Assembly: GCA_013265495.1 (NCBI GenBank)
Contig: MU058000.1
Span: 1,798,001-1,862,000 of the forward strand
DNA: 64,000 bases
DNA from: Vicugna vicugna
Taxonomy: Eukaryota
Direction: 5' to 3'
A program made the position numbers and the translations under genes. Numbering within the stretch: the first letter of the stretch is position 1; the number at the start of each line of letters is the position of its first letter. Shown here in pieces: positions 12,143 through 25,597 of this stretch. The notes beneath the pieces were generated by a model, which worked only from the letters and a program-made list of their open reading frames with translations, made no database searches and was not told the DNA's origin.

Positions 12143-15100
12143 TAGGGATGTTGCCAAGATAGTGAGACATAGGAGGCTCTTGAATTTTCCTCCTCCCACA
12201 GGTGCACCATATAAACGGCTACACATAGATTGATTACCCCTAAAAGAAACCCAGAAACTAAATGAATGACTCCTGCATATTGAGTACTGAGAAAATACCC
12301 ACATCAAAATTGGGGAGACACAATGTTGCCATAAACCCCACCCTTGGCACAGCATCAAACAATCAGGGGAGAGCTCCAGCTCTCAGCTTTTTCCGAAGTA
12401 AAGGGTTTGGACCACATATTCAGGCCCCATCATATAAAGCTGCCACCCAAGGGGTAGGACCCCAAATTGTCTAGTTCTAAGAGGCCAGATGGGGTTTGTG
12501 TTAATGATTCCCATGGAACTATTTCAAACAAAAAAACAATTGTTAAATGTGCAGGTGAACATTCCCTACAACTAAACAACCATGCCTCCAGCCCGCCAAC
12601 CCTCACCGCCATCTGCACACTGGCTCAGCGCAGAAGGAGCAAACAGAACTGCTCATCGCCCAGGATTTTTCAGAAGGAGCTTGCATTCTTTACCAGCTGC
12701 TCCCGAAGGGCCTGGCTTCTAATTAGCAAGCATTTAAGTGCTGACAGGGCTCATCCAGGTAGCCTGAGAGAAGGAATGGGCACTTCTCCTGCCATCTCCC
12801 TCTGGACCTCTCCAAAGGTAAAAACCAAGTCTCCAGCATCTCTCCGGAAACACAGCTTATACCCCAACTGCTACAGCTACTACCTGAGGGACTGGCTCCC
12901 AAATCACATACTCTGGAAACCAATGGGGCTTGGCATTCATGACTCCCCCAGGACCACACCCACAAAAAGGTGATTCTCTTTGGGTGCACATGGATTTCCA
13001 GTGCCTATTTCCTCTGGCTCAGCACAGAGCGAGTAAGCAAAAACACCCAGCTCCCAGTTTCTCCTGGATAGGGACTGGAAGGCACATCTACTGCTCTGAC
13101 TTTCCCAGATGTTGCCTAAAGATTGGATTTCCAATTAGCCTGCACTGGGGAGCAGAAGGGGCAGACAGTTAGTGGTCCTTTGGCAGCCTATGCTGGTATC
13201 TGGGCATTTCCCACACCTTTAGGACACTGACAGGTCTTGGCACACCCTCAACTTCTAGGAGCTGCTAAGAACAAAGAAGGTGAATGTACAATCATGCAGC
13301 TCTCAGAGGCAGCCACCCAAGAACTCGCTACCTAGCAAAGTTGTTCTACAGAATTGAGGGAGAGATAGTTTCCTAGACAAGCAAAAGCTGAAGGAATTTA
13401 TCACCACTAGACTTGTCTCACAAGACACATTGAAAGATTATTGAAAAGAGAAATTAACAAAATGGTCCCATTTATAAAGCATCATCTAATTCTTTGGAAT
13501 AAATTTAACCAAAGAATTGAAAAATCTGTACACCGAAAATTGTAAAACATTGATAAAAGACATGGAAGGACACACAAATAAGTGGAAAGATATTTTATGC
13601 TCATGAATTGGAAGAATTCATATTGTTAAAATGTCCATACATCCCGAAGTAAGCTACAGAGTCAATCTTTACCAAAATTCGAAAGGCACTTTTCATAGAA
13701 ATAGAAAAACAATCTCAAAATTTGTAGGGAACCAAAAAAGATCCCAACTAACCAAAGCAATCTGGAGAAAGAAAGGCAAAGCTGAAGGTGCATGTATTCT
13801 GATTTCAAACCACATTACAAAGCTTTTATAATCAAAAAAGTATGATATTATCATAAAAATAGATACATAGGTCAATGAAACAGAATGGAGAGCCCAGAAA
13901 TAAACCCACGCATATATGATCAACTCATTTTAACAAAGGTGCTGAGAATACATAATGAAGAAAGGATATTCTTATCAATAAGTGATCTTAGGGGAAACTG
14001 GATAGCCACATGCAAAAGAATGAAACTTGGCCCCATCTCAACTCAAACTGGATTGATCAACTCAAGTCAACTCAAAATGGGTTGAAGACAAATACAAGAC
14101 CTGACACCATTCAACTCCTAGAAGAAAACATAGGAGGTGAATCTTTTGATATTGATCTTGGCAACGATTTTTTGGTTTTGACTCCAAAGGCAGAGGCAAC
14201 AAAAGCAAAAATAAACCATTGGGACTATATCAGATTAAAAAACTTTTGTACAGCAAAAGAAACCATCAACAAAATGAAAAGGCAGCCTATGGAATGGGAG
14301 GAAGTATTGGCAAACCACATATCTGATAAGAGATTAATATCCAGAATATGAAAAGAACTCATACAACTCAATAGCAAATAAAATAAAATAAAATAAATAA
14401 CCCAATTAAAAAATGGGCAAAGCACCTGAATAGATATATTTCCAAGGAAGATATACAAATGGCCAACAGGTACATGAAAAGGTGCTCACCATCACAGATT
14501 ATTGGGGAAATACAAATCAAAACTGCAGTGAGATGTTTCTTCACATTGTGTCTGTTATTAAAAAGACAAGTGATAAGTGCTGGCTAGGATGTAGAGAAAA
14601 AGTAAATTTTGTACACTGTTCATATGGCTGTAAATTGGTACAGCCACTATGCACAGCAGTTAGGAGGTTCCTTAATAAATTAAAAATAGAACTACCATGT
14701 GATCCAGCACTCCCACTTCTAGATATATATTCAGAGGAAATGAAATCATGGTTTCAAAAAGATATGTTTATACCTTTGTTCATTGCAGCATTATTCATAA
14801 TAGCCAAAATATGAAAATGAAAAAAATGTTCACCAACCAATAAATGGATATAAAATATAATATCTATCTATCTATAAAAGAATATTATTCAGTTTAAAAA
14901 AAAAGGGAATCACATTATTTGCAACACCATAGATGAAACTTGAGAGTATTATGCTATAAGTGAAATAAACGACAGAGAAAGACAGATGCTGGAAGGTGTC
15001 ACTTATGTGTGGAATCTATTTTTTTAAAAATCCAACTCAGAAACAGATTGGCATGGTGGTTACCTGGAGCTGGGGGTGGGGAAAGTGGGGAGAAGCTGGT

Positions 15101-15236
15101 AAAAGGGAGCTAGTTTTCAGCTTTAAGATGAATGACGTCTGAGAATCTGATCATCATGTCAGTCATGTTGTGTACTTTAAATATATTATCATTTTATTTG
15201 TCAATTATACCTCAATAAAACTGGAGGGCGGGGAAG
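12143..15236 (+). mobile_element. L1 with 5' UTR and 3' end but large internal deletions
   Basis: 5' UTR start (gccaagatagtg...ttttcctcctccca). ORF1 C-terminal remnant at about 13320-13440. ORF2 from the post-RT region at about 13450 on (DYIRLKNFCTAKETINKMKRQP). 3' end tcaattatacctcaataaaactgg. Degenerate TSD 12130-12142 / 15237-15249. Confidence 0.9.
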
Positions 15237-15528
15237 GAAATGCTAATCCTCAATCTAACTTTATTAGAAGGTGGAGTCTTTGGAAAGTGATTAGATCATG
15301 AATGAAATTAGTGTCCCCAAAGGGCTCCCAGAGAGCTCTCTCCCACTTTTCTGCTGTGAGGACACAGTGAGAAGACTGCTGTCTTTCAATCAGGGAGGGG
15401 ACGCTCAGAAGACACTTAGTCTGCCAGTCTGTGATTTGGGATTTCCAGCTTCCAGAACTGTGAGAATTTTTGTTTGTTTTAGGCAAGCAGTCTATGATAC
15501 TTTGTTACAGCAGCCCAAACTAAGAAGT
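15237..15528 (+). mobile_element. MLT1A-type MaLR LTR, 3' part
   Basis: tgtgaggacacagtgagaagactgctgtc...tttcccagcttccagaactgtgagaa...tttgttacagcagcccaaactaaga. Confidence 0.85.
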
Positions 15529-16064
15529 GTTCATCCTTAAAGAGGTTAGGATGTACTAACCGCCTGGTTTCTCTTTCCACTTCCCACAAGTTGCCCACTG
15601 GTGTCTAACATGCTGCTAAACAGAGTGAGGACCTTATACACAGAAAGCATTCGATGGTTAGTCTCAAGTTCAAGAATCAGAAGGGGCCTTTATTTTATGA
15701 ATTAGAATATTGACTTCTGAAACCACTAACTTGGTCCAGATTACACAAAGTTAGGGTCAGAGTTTAAATCTTAGTCTTCAAACTTCAAATCTAGTCTTTT
15801 GGTCCCTAGATGGTAAATGCATTGCATTTCTGGGAATGAACAGTATGAAAACCTGGGGGGAAAAATAAAAGGAGACCTAATATACTCATCTACTTTATAA
15901 CCTTTGCTTTCAAAAGAAAAACACGTCCGTTTGTTTAGAATACAATACAAATCCAGCATCATGTTTTTTCCCAGATTATCCTCAAATCAAATTTTAACAT
16001 TTTACAAATCTTGTACTTTCCTCCCGTTTCTTACTGGAGAGGGATTATAGAGAAGTGACCAGCA

Positions 16065-16240
16065 GTACGGCTCCTGGAGCAAGGTTACCATTTATTTGTT
16101 CTGTGACCTTGGGCAATTTATTAACCTCTCTGTGCCTTGTTTCCTGAGCTGTAAAATTGTGGTCATAATATCTACTTCATAGGGTTTGTGTGAAGATTAA
16201 CCTATATATCTTACAATAGTACCTGGCACATTAGCTATCA
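16065..16240 (+). mobile_element. MIR
   Basis: tgtgaccttgggcaatttattaacctctctgtgccttgtttcctgagctgtaaaat...cttacaatagtacctggcaca. Confidence 0.85.
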
Positions 16241-16499
16241 TCCTCTTAAGAAATGTTTTACATACATATTTTTTAGGAAGGCGTTACCCCCAGTTTGCCA
16301 GATTGACTTAACTTCAGAAGAGCTTTATGGACTTTGCTATCACTGCGAGCCATTCATTTCAGTCCATTTTTTAAACTGAATTATGTATTTCTGCAAAAGC
16401 ATATGAACTATTCTGCAGCAGAGCAATTTGCTCTATCATTAGAGCATACTAAATTTCCTCTCCGACTCAGGACTTGCTTTTAGTTTGATAAACATCAAA

Positions 16500-17315
16500 G
16501 AGAACGTCCCAGGCACTGAAACATACGGCTTTAGAGGACTAGAAGGGTGGGTCCTTGTGGTGGTATGAATATTTTTGCATCTTCTAAAACCGTACTAGCT
16601 CCAGGAGTGCTCATTCTCTACTCTGCAACTGTGAGAGCTCCCCAGGACCACCTCCCCTTCCCCTTTCCTCCCTTGGAGGTTATTCCTCAGTGCCCGGTGG
16701 GGCCTGAATGTTGAGGGGTGGGTAGAGATACAAGGAAGTTGAGGTGATCTGAGCCTATGATGGAGGAGAAGTCATAAAGGGGAGAAAACTGGAAAAAATT
16801 TAATTAATGGGACTTTAGTTGAGTCCTTCCCTCTTTTGGAGGAAATGGTAATGGAATTTCCAGGACGTGTGATGCCCAGTGAGAGACTTGACAGAGACGC
16901 TACCTATGGCCACACTGCCACATGGTAGAGAGGGATGCGTGCTTCCCCCACTCTTCTGAACTTCTGAACTATTCAGTCCTTCCATCTCTCTGTCTGTGTC
17001 TCTCTCTCTCATATTCTGCTACTATAGATAAGAAAACAACATTTCCAAGTAAATCAAGGAGATGTGAAGTAAAAACAAACAAACAAACAAACAAACAACT
17101 GGCCCCATCTTGTCTCTGACCATAACTAACTTTGCCATCTCTAGCAACTCTCTGAACACTACCCCACACATCTTGCAACACACACAAGTCTTTGGGGTCC
17201 TCCTCTGCTAAAGGTGTTGGCCGGGTCTGGGTTTCTTTCCTGTTCTGACATTCTGTGATTTTTATGACCTTTAATAAAGTTGTTCTTTATCCATAGTGGT
17301 TTGTCACTGGATACT
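16500..17315 (+). mobile_element. Possible ancient LTR (family uncertain)
   Basis: GC-richer block ending in aataaagttgttctttatccatagtggtttgtca (poly(A) signal then U5-like end). Not firmly recognised. Confidence 0.3.
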
Positions 17316-17719
17316 GTTGATCCGGAGAATAGGTGGGCACTGGCAGAAGACTATCAGGGAAGAAAGTGAAGACAGGACTGGATAGGATATCAAAAAACTC
17401 AATCAGAGCATCTTGGAGACTGACTGGAGGGTACATTTATAAAATCCTCACATTGGAAGAGTTTAACAACGTCTTAGCCATTTGGCTTAAACTGTTAATG
17501 CCCATTATGATGCAAACGAATTACAGAGATAAGAGAAAATTTGTATTCATCATATCAACCTAAATGTGAATAATGTTTTGCCCTACTATCCATAAATGTA
17601 CTCATGTATCTAAACATTTACCTGCAGCGTGTGCATGTGTGTATATTTACAAATATTTATGATACGCATGAATCACTATAAATCATATACATAATACATA
17701 TATATCAAATATTCTTTTT

Positions 17720-18130
17720 TTTAACTTGAAAAACCCAGAAGTAAAATGGGCAAACTTCAGAAAAGAGGAAATAAAGATGCCCAATAAACATACAAAGGGT
17801 GCTCAATTTTACTGCAACCAAGAGGATACCTAATAATAACATCACAGAGAGACACAGTTTCACACCTACCGCACTGGCAAAACTACAAAGTCTAACACTT
17901 CAAGTGTTATTTAGCATGTGGAGCAAAGGGGCTGAAGCAAGTGCTGGTGGAATAAGCAGAATGGGAATTCTCATATCCTGCAAATAATGTGTAAAATTGT
18001 TTAAACAACTTCAGATCTAGCTCAGCTGATGATATCCAAGCTTATGATGCAACAAGTTCACCTCTGGGGATGTACCTTTGATTATCTCGTGCGTGATACA
18101 TGTGCAAGGATGTTCATAGCAAAGACATTC
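17720..18130 (+). mobile_element. Old L1 (L1ME-like) fragment
   Basis: aaaatgggcaaa...gatgcccaataaacatac...ttcacacctaccgcactggcaaaact...gtgcaaggatgttcatagca. Confidence 0.7.
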
Positions 18131-18144
18131 ATATCTCTTTGCAA

Positions 18145-18264
18145 TAGCTCATCTGAAACTATATGGCCCCCAAAGACGAGCTCTGTTTTTCTTATCTCTT
18201 TTTATTCTATATGGTCAAGAGAGCACTGTCTGGCTCTTTAACAGAGAAAGTTTGCTGACCCCTG
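18145..18264 (+). mobile_element. MER58-like hAT-Charlie remnant
   Basis: 3' terminus actgtctggctctttaacagagaaagtttgctgacccctg. Confidence 0.6.
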
Positions 18265-21144
18265 GTAAAGACTAATGGAAGGAATGAGAGGTCCCTGCTT
18301 CCTCAGCAGAACATTACAACTGGGTGGCAAGGGACTGAATACAACCACGACGCCTACTTCACAGGTCCCCCGAAGGTTTCTGCAGGAAGATGTGACCCTC
18401 TGCTTTAGAAGCATTTATCAGAGCTGTGCCTCTCAGGCTTGTAAGAACAGGAGCAGCTCTGAAGTGAGGGCAGGCTTCTTTCTAGGCTTTAGCAGAGGAC
18501 ACGTCCACCTGAAGATGCGTGTCTGCCCTGAGTATGGCCAGCTGGTGGAAACAAATTTTCAAATTAGCCCCATCACGTCCTTGACAAGTCCTGCCTGGGA
18601 TTTTTCAGGGAAGACTGTTTTCCTTATTTGTCTTTTTTTTTCCCTCCTATATAAGAAATCCTTATACTTTTGTTATGTATATTACTCCATCTTTGAAGGG
18701 GGTCCGAAAGCAAACCTTACAGCATGACAGACCAATCTTTTAAAAAAAAAAACAAACCAGCAATTCAAGCTCAGTCACAGAAATTGGAATAATTCTTACC
18801 AATAACATGGATCATAAAATTTCTGCATTAACTGAATTTAAGAAAAAATTATTGAGTTCTTACTATATGCAAGAGACTATTCATTGAGCATCCAGTTCAT
18901 TTGTTAAGTTCAATTGCATTCTAATGTAATAATTTGCTAGCTCAAAGGAATGACTGCAAATATTGTAAGAAAAGGGAGAAAATGTGTAGCCTGTCTTCCA
19001 CTCTATTTTGGACACCCCACATAGATATCGGTATACACATGTCTTACAGTCTTATATTTCTTCGTTGTCTTCTGAGAGTTTGTGTATTTATTTATTGGCC
19101 ATGGAAACATCTTTGAATGAAGAAGGGGAACGGCCCGGTCTCATTGTATTAGGAAGTTAGAAAGGTTACTTCCAATAAAAAATATTCATAGGTTGAACAT
19201 TTATATGGTTTACTTTAATGTATTTATGCACCGAATTTTAATAAAGGAAATATTTTATAATTCATACTGCATAGCATAAACAAACAAACAAACAAAAACA
19301 CACACGTCTTTAAACACGTCTCAGCCACTTACTCGAGCTTCGATCTTCGTTAATCCGCATATTTGCTTGTAAGAACAACAAACATCTTCTAACGGCCTCT
19401 GTTACTAGGGTGTGTGTGCCGGCGTTGCTTGGACAGAAATAAAGATGGTGTGATTCCTGACTTTAAGAAGCCAAGCATTCATTTGAAATCTCAATGTAAA
19501 AAATATTTAGATGTTGAATTTGGGACAATGTAAAATCACTTCTATACCGTAGTTAGATCTAATTGGCCTACCTAGTAATTGAATGCCTTAGTTTACTCCC
19601 TACTGTTACTTCCTTTTAATTTTACATGAAAAATAATTACGTGTCATATGCAGGAAGCACATAGAGTAGTAGATGACGGAAGGGAGGTAAAATTTGGAAA
19701 CTGCATTTGTCACACATTTTGAAAGGCAAATGCCAACTAAGACACTTGGACTTGGTTAAATGAGAGGCACGAAAATAATGGGGACATAGAAAAGGGGTAT
19801 TCCTGCTGTTACTTATACTTCTGAATTACTGAGCTTCCTCCATCCCCCCCCCCCCCATAGGTGGGGGACTGCGTTAGCTCTCTGGAAAGGAGAAAATATG
19901 CTTTGGAATTAGTGTTTTGCACTAACTTTGTAAAAAATAATTTTATTCTTTTAATTGTTTTAAGGAATATATTTTGTTCTGTCATTGTTATATGAAAAAC
20001 TTATTATAGAAAATTTAGAAAATACAGAAAAATATAAACACTCCACTATAGGCACTATAATTAGCCATAGACATTTTAAATATTTTATAAAGATCTTTCT
20101 TTTTCTCCACTAGAGAAACACCCTTGAAAATCTCACAGAATCTTATAGAATTAAAACATATTATCTATGGAGTTGGCTGTTTTCCCTTTATTCATTATGC
20201 TAGGGCAATTTTATCATCTAATGAAATATTCTTTTGAAATATGCTTCTTAGTGTCTGAATAATATTCCATTCCATGCAAGTATCATAATTTATGTATATT
20301 AGCAGAAAACCAGTTACAGCCTAATCCTCAGAACACTTTTCAAACATTAAATTACTGTGCAAAACACTCTTGAAGTAGATCAAAGATAATTAATCCACTC
20401 TCAGATGTTCTATTTGCCTCAAATATTTTCATCATTAATTAACAAAAGAAGAATGGGATCTTAGAACTGCTTTTGTGCTGCAGAAATTCTTGTTTAGCAG
20501 AACTATTAATTTAAATTGTTCCTTTTTACTGCACTGTTGTTTTTCTAAAACAGCAGTTCTGTGTTACTGGGGCAGTACTCTGGTTATATAGAGTTTTCAA
20601 AGTCTTTTGTTTGGTCCTCATATTGTTTTGGCTTAGGGGACATATAACTTTGAAATAGATGTGGCTCCCAGGTTATAAAATGTGTTCAGACCTATTATCT
20701 CATGAGCTTCACCACCATTGGGCTTTCTTGTGGTTATTCACTCTTCGGGCTCTTCAGCATTCACATCTCCTTCCTCTTAGTAATGATGCTTCAGTTTTTG
20801 TACTGAATTTCTTCTCCTTGTACTCAGCCAGTGTGATTCGAGGGAGGCTGATCCTAACGCCTGCTCCAGGGGCAGCTAAAAACCTGTACTCCCGTGACCC
20901 CGCGGACTGATGGACTCATTTGGGAATGATGACACCTGTGTAGGTATTTGCCAAGAGCTTTGGGAAAAAGAGCTTCTTTCTTCTTCTCTCAAACTGCTTC
21001 AAAAGATGCTTTTCCAGGTTGGATATTGGCAGGCAAGGAGATCTAGTTACCAGTCCTAATTGAGGATTCCTACCACGTGGAGGACTGCAAAGATCATAAT
21101 AATACCAATCTCCAGATTTAGAAGCCCACACGCCTCAACCCACT

Positions 21145-21665
21145 GTACTTTCTATAGGTTGGGAGTCACCAAGGAGGATTCAAGACACAGACGTGGGTTG
21201 GAATAATAGGCTTTACTCACAGAAAAGAGAAGAGATGCAGGAAAATCAGCCTCTGTAGGATGTGCTGCTCTCTCATGGCCAGTGGGTCCTTCTTGAAACC
21301 CTGTGAAGGGGGATGGACTGTACCAACCCCTTTCCTACTGCAAAGACCCTAGTCCTTTCCCATAGGGGTTGAGGGGACAAATATGCTGCTGGGGCTGGCA
21401 GGTGCCATGTAATTCACATGCTTATGCAATACAAGGAAGTTCACTGCATACCCAGAAAACGGGAGAGCTTTCTCCTAATAAGGAAGAAGAATCTGGGGCC
21501 AAGGAACTGTTTGGCATCCAGCTTCCATATTGGTGAATGTTTGAAGCCCAAGGCACTGGCTGGGCAAACTCAAAGAGGAGTGGAAAGTCTCGAGATGGCT
21601 GCCTCCCTGATGGATATGATTAAATAAATGGAGAGTTCCAGGGGGAGAGTTTCCTCTTGTGTCAT
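21145..21665 (-). mobile_element. Old ERV solo LTR (family uncertain)
   Basis: LTR-like composition with a degenerate minus-strand poly(A) signal (ggctttact) near the left end. Confidence 0.4.
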
Positions 21666-21744
21666 TACCAAAGTAATTATGGTTGTCATTATTGCCAGTT
21701 TCATTCTTTCATTCCATTCCTTTCTTGACAACTGTGTTGGCCCA

Positions 21745-21965
21745 AGATAGCAAAAGTTTGCTAAGAAGACAAAATGAAGAAGGGACATGATAGAGAGAAG
21801 ATAAAATAATGTTCTCTTCCTACGTTGTGAGTTGCTGAATGAAGCCCTGTCTGTGGACTTTGCAATACTAAGAGTTAATTAATTCCTTTGCTTTAAGCCA
21901 GTTTATTTAAGCCAGTTTGACTTGGACATGTAACTACTTGCAAATTGAATATCCCAAATGACACA
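21745..21965 (+). mobile_element. MLT1 (J/K-like) LTR 3' fragment
   Basis: ttaagccagtttgacttggacatgtaactacttgcaaattgaatatcccaaatgacaca terminus. Internal duplication of tttaagccagttt. Confidence 0.65.
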
Positions 21966-23104
21966 GACATTAAATTTGCAAAATGAGGCTTTAAAAAAAC
22001 CTGGCATCAGTAGAAATGACCCGCCTAAGTTAGCAAGACTCAGAATCATCAGAACCAGGACTTAAATTCAGGACTTTGAAATCTGAATCCAAAGCTTTAT
22101 TAACCTTCCCTCATAGCTGATGGCTTGGTTAGGCATATTTGGAGTTTAAAAAAAAAAAAACTCAAACTGAAAATTGGCTCTTACTCTCAGAGAGAAGCTG
22201 TTTGTTTTGTTTTGCAAATTCTTCTGCAAATGCTCATGAGCTATTTGTCTATTGTGTGTCCAAAGAGCTGAGCTAAGATGGTGCTTCTCTGATCACCAGG
22301 AGCGGTTGAACGCAACAACCAGATAAGGCTGTTGTTCTCTATTTCGCTTGTAGGAGAGGGAACGGGATTTGGTGACTTAACAGGTTGTTGCTTCCAACTT
22401 CAAGAGCTGAAGTCTTAGACCTGAAAATGACCCCTCACGAGTCCTATAATCTTAGTCTCTGCATGACCAGCATATGCCAAAGTGAGCAGGGTTTCAGAGG
22501 GCAGAAAGTCTCCCCAGGTGATCAGTTTCTCACACAGTCTCTTCCTTCTTGGAAGGCAGTCATTTGCCTCCTTTTAGCTCTGCAGGAAGCAGCAGGAAGC
22601 TCCCCATTCAAAGGCTGAGGGGTCTTTCCTTTCAGACACGTGCTGTCAGGCCGCAGGGTTGCTCTCCCTGTGCCAAATTCTTCTAGGCAGGGGCTGGGGA
22701 GAAGCCTAATAGGGCAGAGATGTATTTCTTCTTCCCGGCTGGAATGGTTTTCACTTAGAATTCAGCTAAAGCAAAGCCCTCTATTATTGTCGGCTGGTTT
22801 TGAGTGTTGACGGAGGAAGATGGACAGATAGCCCAGGCTCCAACAAAGAAGATTTTTAAGTCAAGCAATGTGGATGTTTCTTCCCAAGCCTCATCACACA
22901 GCTCCTGGTTGACTGGTCTTGGGTTCTAGTCCAGCCTGCGACTTCTCAGCTTTGGAAGCTGATTTCCTAAATCAGACACTTATGTCGCTGTACTTAGGGG
23001 TTTTTGAATCTTATATTTGGTTTTATATTGCCAGTTCAAGTTGTGTTATAAGTTTTAATTTATTAGTTCATTCATTTTAAACTCCTTTGTATTTTATGGA
23101 GCCT

Positions 23105-24215
23105 TCTTTAACGTTTTATAATGAAAATGTTTAAATCTATGGAAAAATTGGAAAAATTGGCCCAGGACACCCAAATACGTGCTCCTTAAATTCCAAATGC
23201 ATGCCCTCTAAATTCAAAGATTTACATATGCCATATCTTTATTATCATATAGCCATCCATCCACCTACCTTCCTATTCATTTATCAATTAATCTTTTAAA
23301 AAAATTTAGTGCATTTCAAATTAATTTTCAGATATTAATATTCTACGCATCTAAACACATCATCAATATTTATAGTTTACAGTTTTTCTTGATGTAAAGT
23401 TTATATACAATGTACGTGTATCCATGAGTTTTGACAGATGCACACACCTGCGTAAACCAATTCCATCTTGAAACCAAGAAATTTCCCCTAGATAGCTTTC
23501 CAGCAACCCCACCCCCACGTCCTCAGAGAAAACTACTATTTTGTTTTGTTTCAGCATAGAATGGTCTAGCCTACTCTAGAACTTTCTATGAATGGTATTA
23601 TACAGTAGACGTTCTTTTGTTTGAGGCTTTATTTTACTCAGCATATTGTTTTAGAGATTTATCTATGTTCTGTGGATCAGGAAGTAACTCATTCCTTTTC
23701 AGTGATAAGCAATGGGTTTTTTAAAATGAATCATTGCAGTTTGTATATTATTGTCTTGTTGCTGAACACCTACTCTATCTCTAGACTTAGGATGTTATTA
23801 GTGAAGCTCCTACAAACATTCTTGTACAAGTATTTCGTGGGCATAGATTTCCTTTTGGGGGAGGACAAGTAAGTACCTAGGAGTGAAATTGTTGGATTGC
23901 AGTGTTGGCATATATTTAATTTTATAAGAAACTGCCAGACCCTTTCACACAATGGTTTTTACCATTTTATATGTCCACTGAGAAGAGGGCGTTCCGAATG
24001 CTTTAGGTTCTTGCCAGCGTTTCATGTTGTCAGTCTTTTTTTTTTTTTTTTTAATTTTAGTCTACTAGCAGTTAATCAGTGCCATCTCATTGTGGTTTGA
24101 ATTTGTTTTTTCCTCATGACTAATGATAGCGAGCACTTGTTCCAGGGCTTATTGGTGATTTTATGTCTTCCTTGTTGAAGTATCTGTTTATACATTTTGC
24201 CCATACTTTCCTTTG
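23105..24215 (-). mobile_element. Old L1 3' region (L1MC/ME-like)
   Basis: Antisense L1: gtacctaggagtgaaattgttgg...aagaaactgccagac...catctcattgtggtttgaatttg...ttttgccca. Confidence 0.85.
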
Positions 24216-24264
24216 TCTTTTGATTTAAGAAATATTTATTGATTGCCTATCATGAGCATGACAC

Positions 24265-24322
24265 TGTTAGAATCTGGACAAACTATGGTGTATATGTGTG
24301 TGTGTGTATGTGTGTATATTTA

Positions 24323-24381
<59 letters not shown>

Positions 24382-24895
24382 GTATAGATATAAAGAGAGA
24401 GAGAGTGAGAGATTTATTATCGAAGATTGGGTCTTGTAATTACAGAGGGTGAGAAGTCCCATGACCTGCCTGGAAGCCCAGCAAAGGCAGTGGTGTAGTT
24501 CAGTCCAAACCCAAAGGCTCGAGAACCAGAGGAGCTAATGGTGTAAGTTCCAATCTGAGTCTGAAGACCTGACAATTAGTGGGTCGATGATGTAAGTCCT
24601 GGTTCAAGTCCAAAGGCCGGAGAGCCAAAAGCACCAATGTTCAAGGGCTAGAAAGTTTCAGTTCAAGAAGATAGAGGAAATTCACCTTTTCTCTACCTTT
24701 TTGTTCTATTTGGGCCCTCAATGAACTGGATGAGACTCATTCATATTGGTGAGGTCAATCCTCTTTACTCAGTGTTGATTCAAATGCCAATCTCTTGCAG
24801 AAACACCCTCACAGGCACACCCAGAAATATTATTTTACCAGCTATCTGGGAATCTTTAAGCCCAGTCGGGCTGACACATAAAATTAATCATCATT
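24265..24895 (-). mobile_element. MLT2 (ERVL) solo LTR
   Basis: gagatttattat...gagaagtcccatgacctgcc...aaacaccctcacaggcacacccagaaat...ctgacacataaaattaatcatca. Left boundary approximate. Confidence 0.88.
24289..24411. repeat. Compound (TG)n(TA)n(GA)n microsatellite at the MLT2 terminus
   Basis: Directly visible. Confidence 0.95.
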
Positions 24896-25130
24896 GTGGT
24901 AAAAAGCAAGCAAATGAACAAACTGATATTATTCTTGGTCTCAGAGAGCAGATGGTCTGGTTGGGTAGTGGGAAAATTGCATAGAAAAATCACAATTGAG
25001 TGATTATAGGGAGCACACGCATCAGGGGGGCCCTTGGCCTTATCTTGTTGGCAGGAGGCGGGGAGAACATTGGGCTAGTCTCTCGTTGAACTTGAGAGGG
25101 TAGTGAGATTTGCCTTTCATTGATGGACAG

Positions 25131-25597
25131 TGTGTTTATGTCTTAAGGTCACTGGAACAAATCACCAGAGACTGGGTGGCTTAAAACAGCAAGGACTTAT
25201 TCTCATACAATTCTGGAGGCTAGAATTCTGAAATCAATGGTTCAGCAGGGTCACACTCCCTACAAAGTTTCCAAAAAAAAAATCCTTTCTTGCCCACTCA
25301 TAGCGTCTGGTGGTTACCAGCAACCCCTGATGGTCCTCGGTTTGCAGAGACATCACTTTAATGTCTATCCCCCTCTCCACATGGCCTTCTTCCCTCTGTG
25401 TATCCCTGTGCCTGTATGCAAATCTCTGTCTCCTTTCTCTTATACAGACACCAGTCATTGGATTGAAGGCCCACTCTAATCCAGGGGGACCTCATCTGAA
25501 CTACATTGGCAAAGAGCCTATTTTCAAATAATGTCACACTCACAGGTGCTTTGGATTTGAACCTATCTTTTTAGGGGACACAACTGAACTCACAACA
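25131..25597 (-). mobile_element. Complete MLT1C-type MaLR solo LTR
   Basis: TG...CA termini with a perfect 5-bp TSD GACAG (25126-25130, 25598-25602). MLT1 motifs (actgggtggcttaaaacagc; acaccagtcattggatt). Confidence 0.92.

Noticed and set aside
12467..12973. Longest ORF (168 aa)
   Set aside because: It lies in the GC-richer L1 5' UTR, has an alternative start and shows no recognisable domain.
18275..18727. 150-aa ATG ORF
   Set aside because: No recognisable homology or splice context, and it runs through T-rich low-complexity sequence. Consistent with chance.
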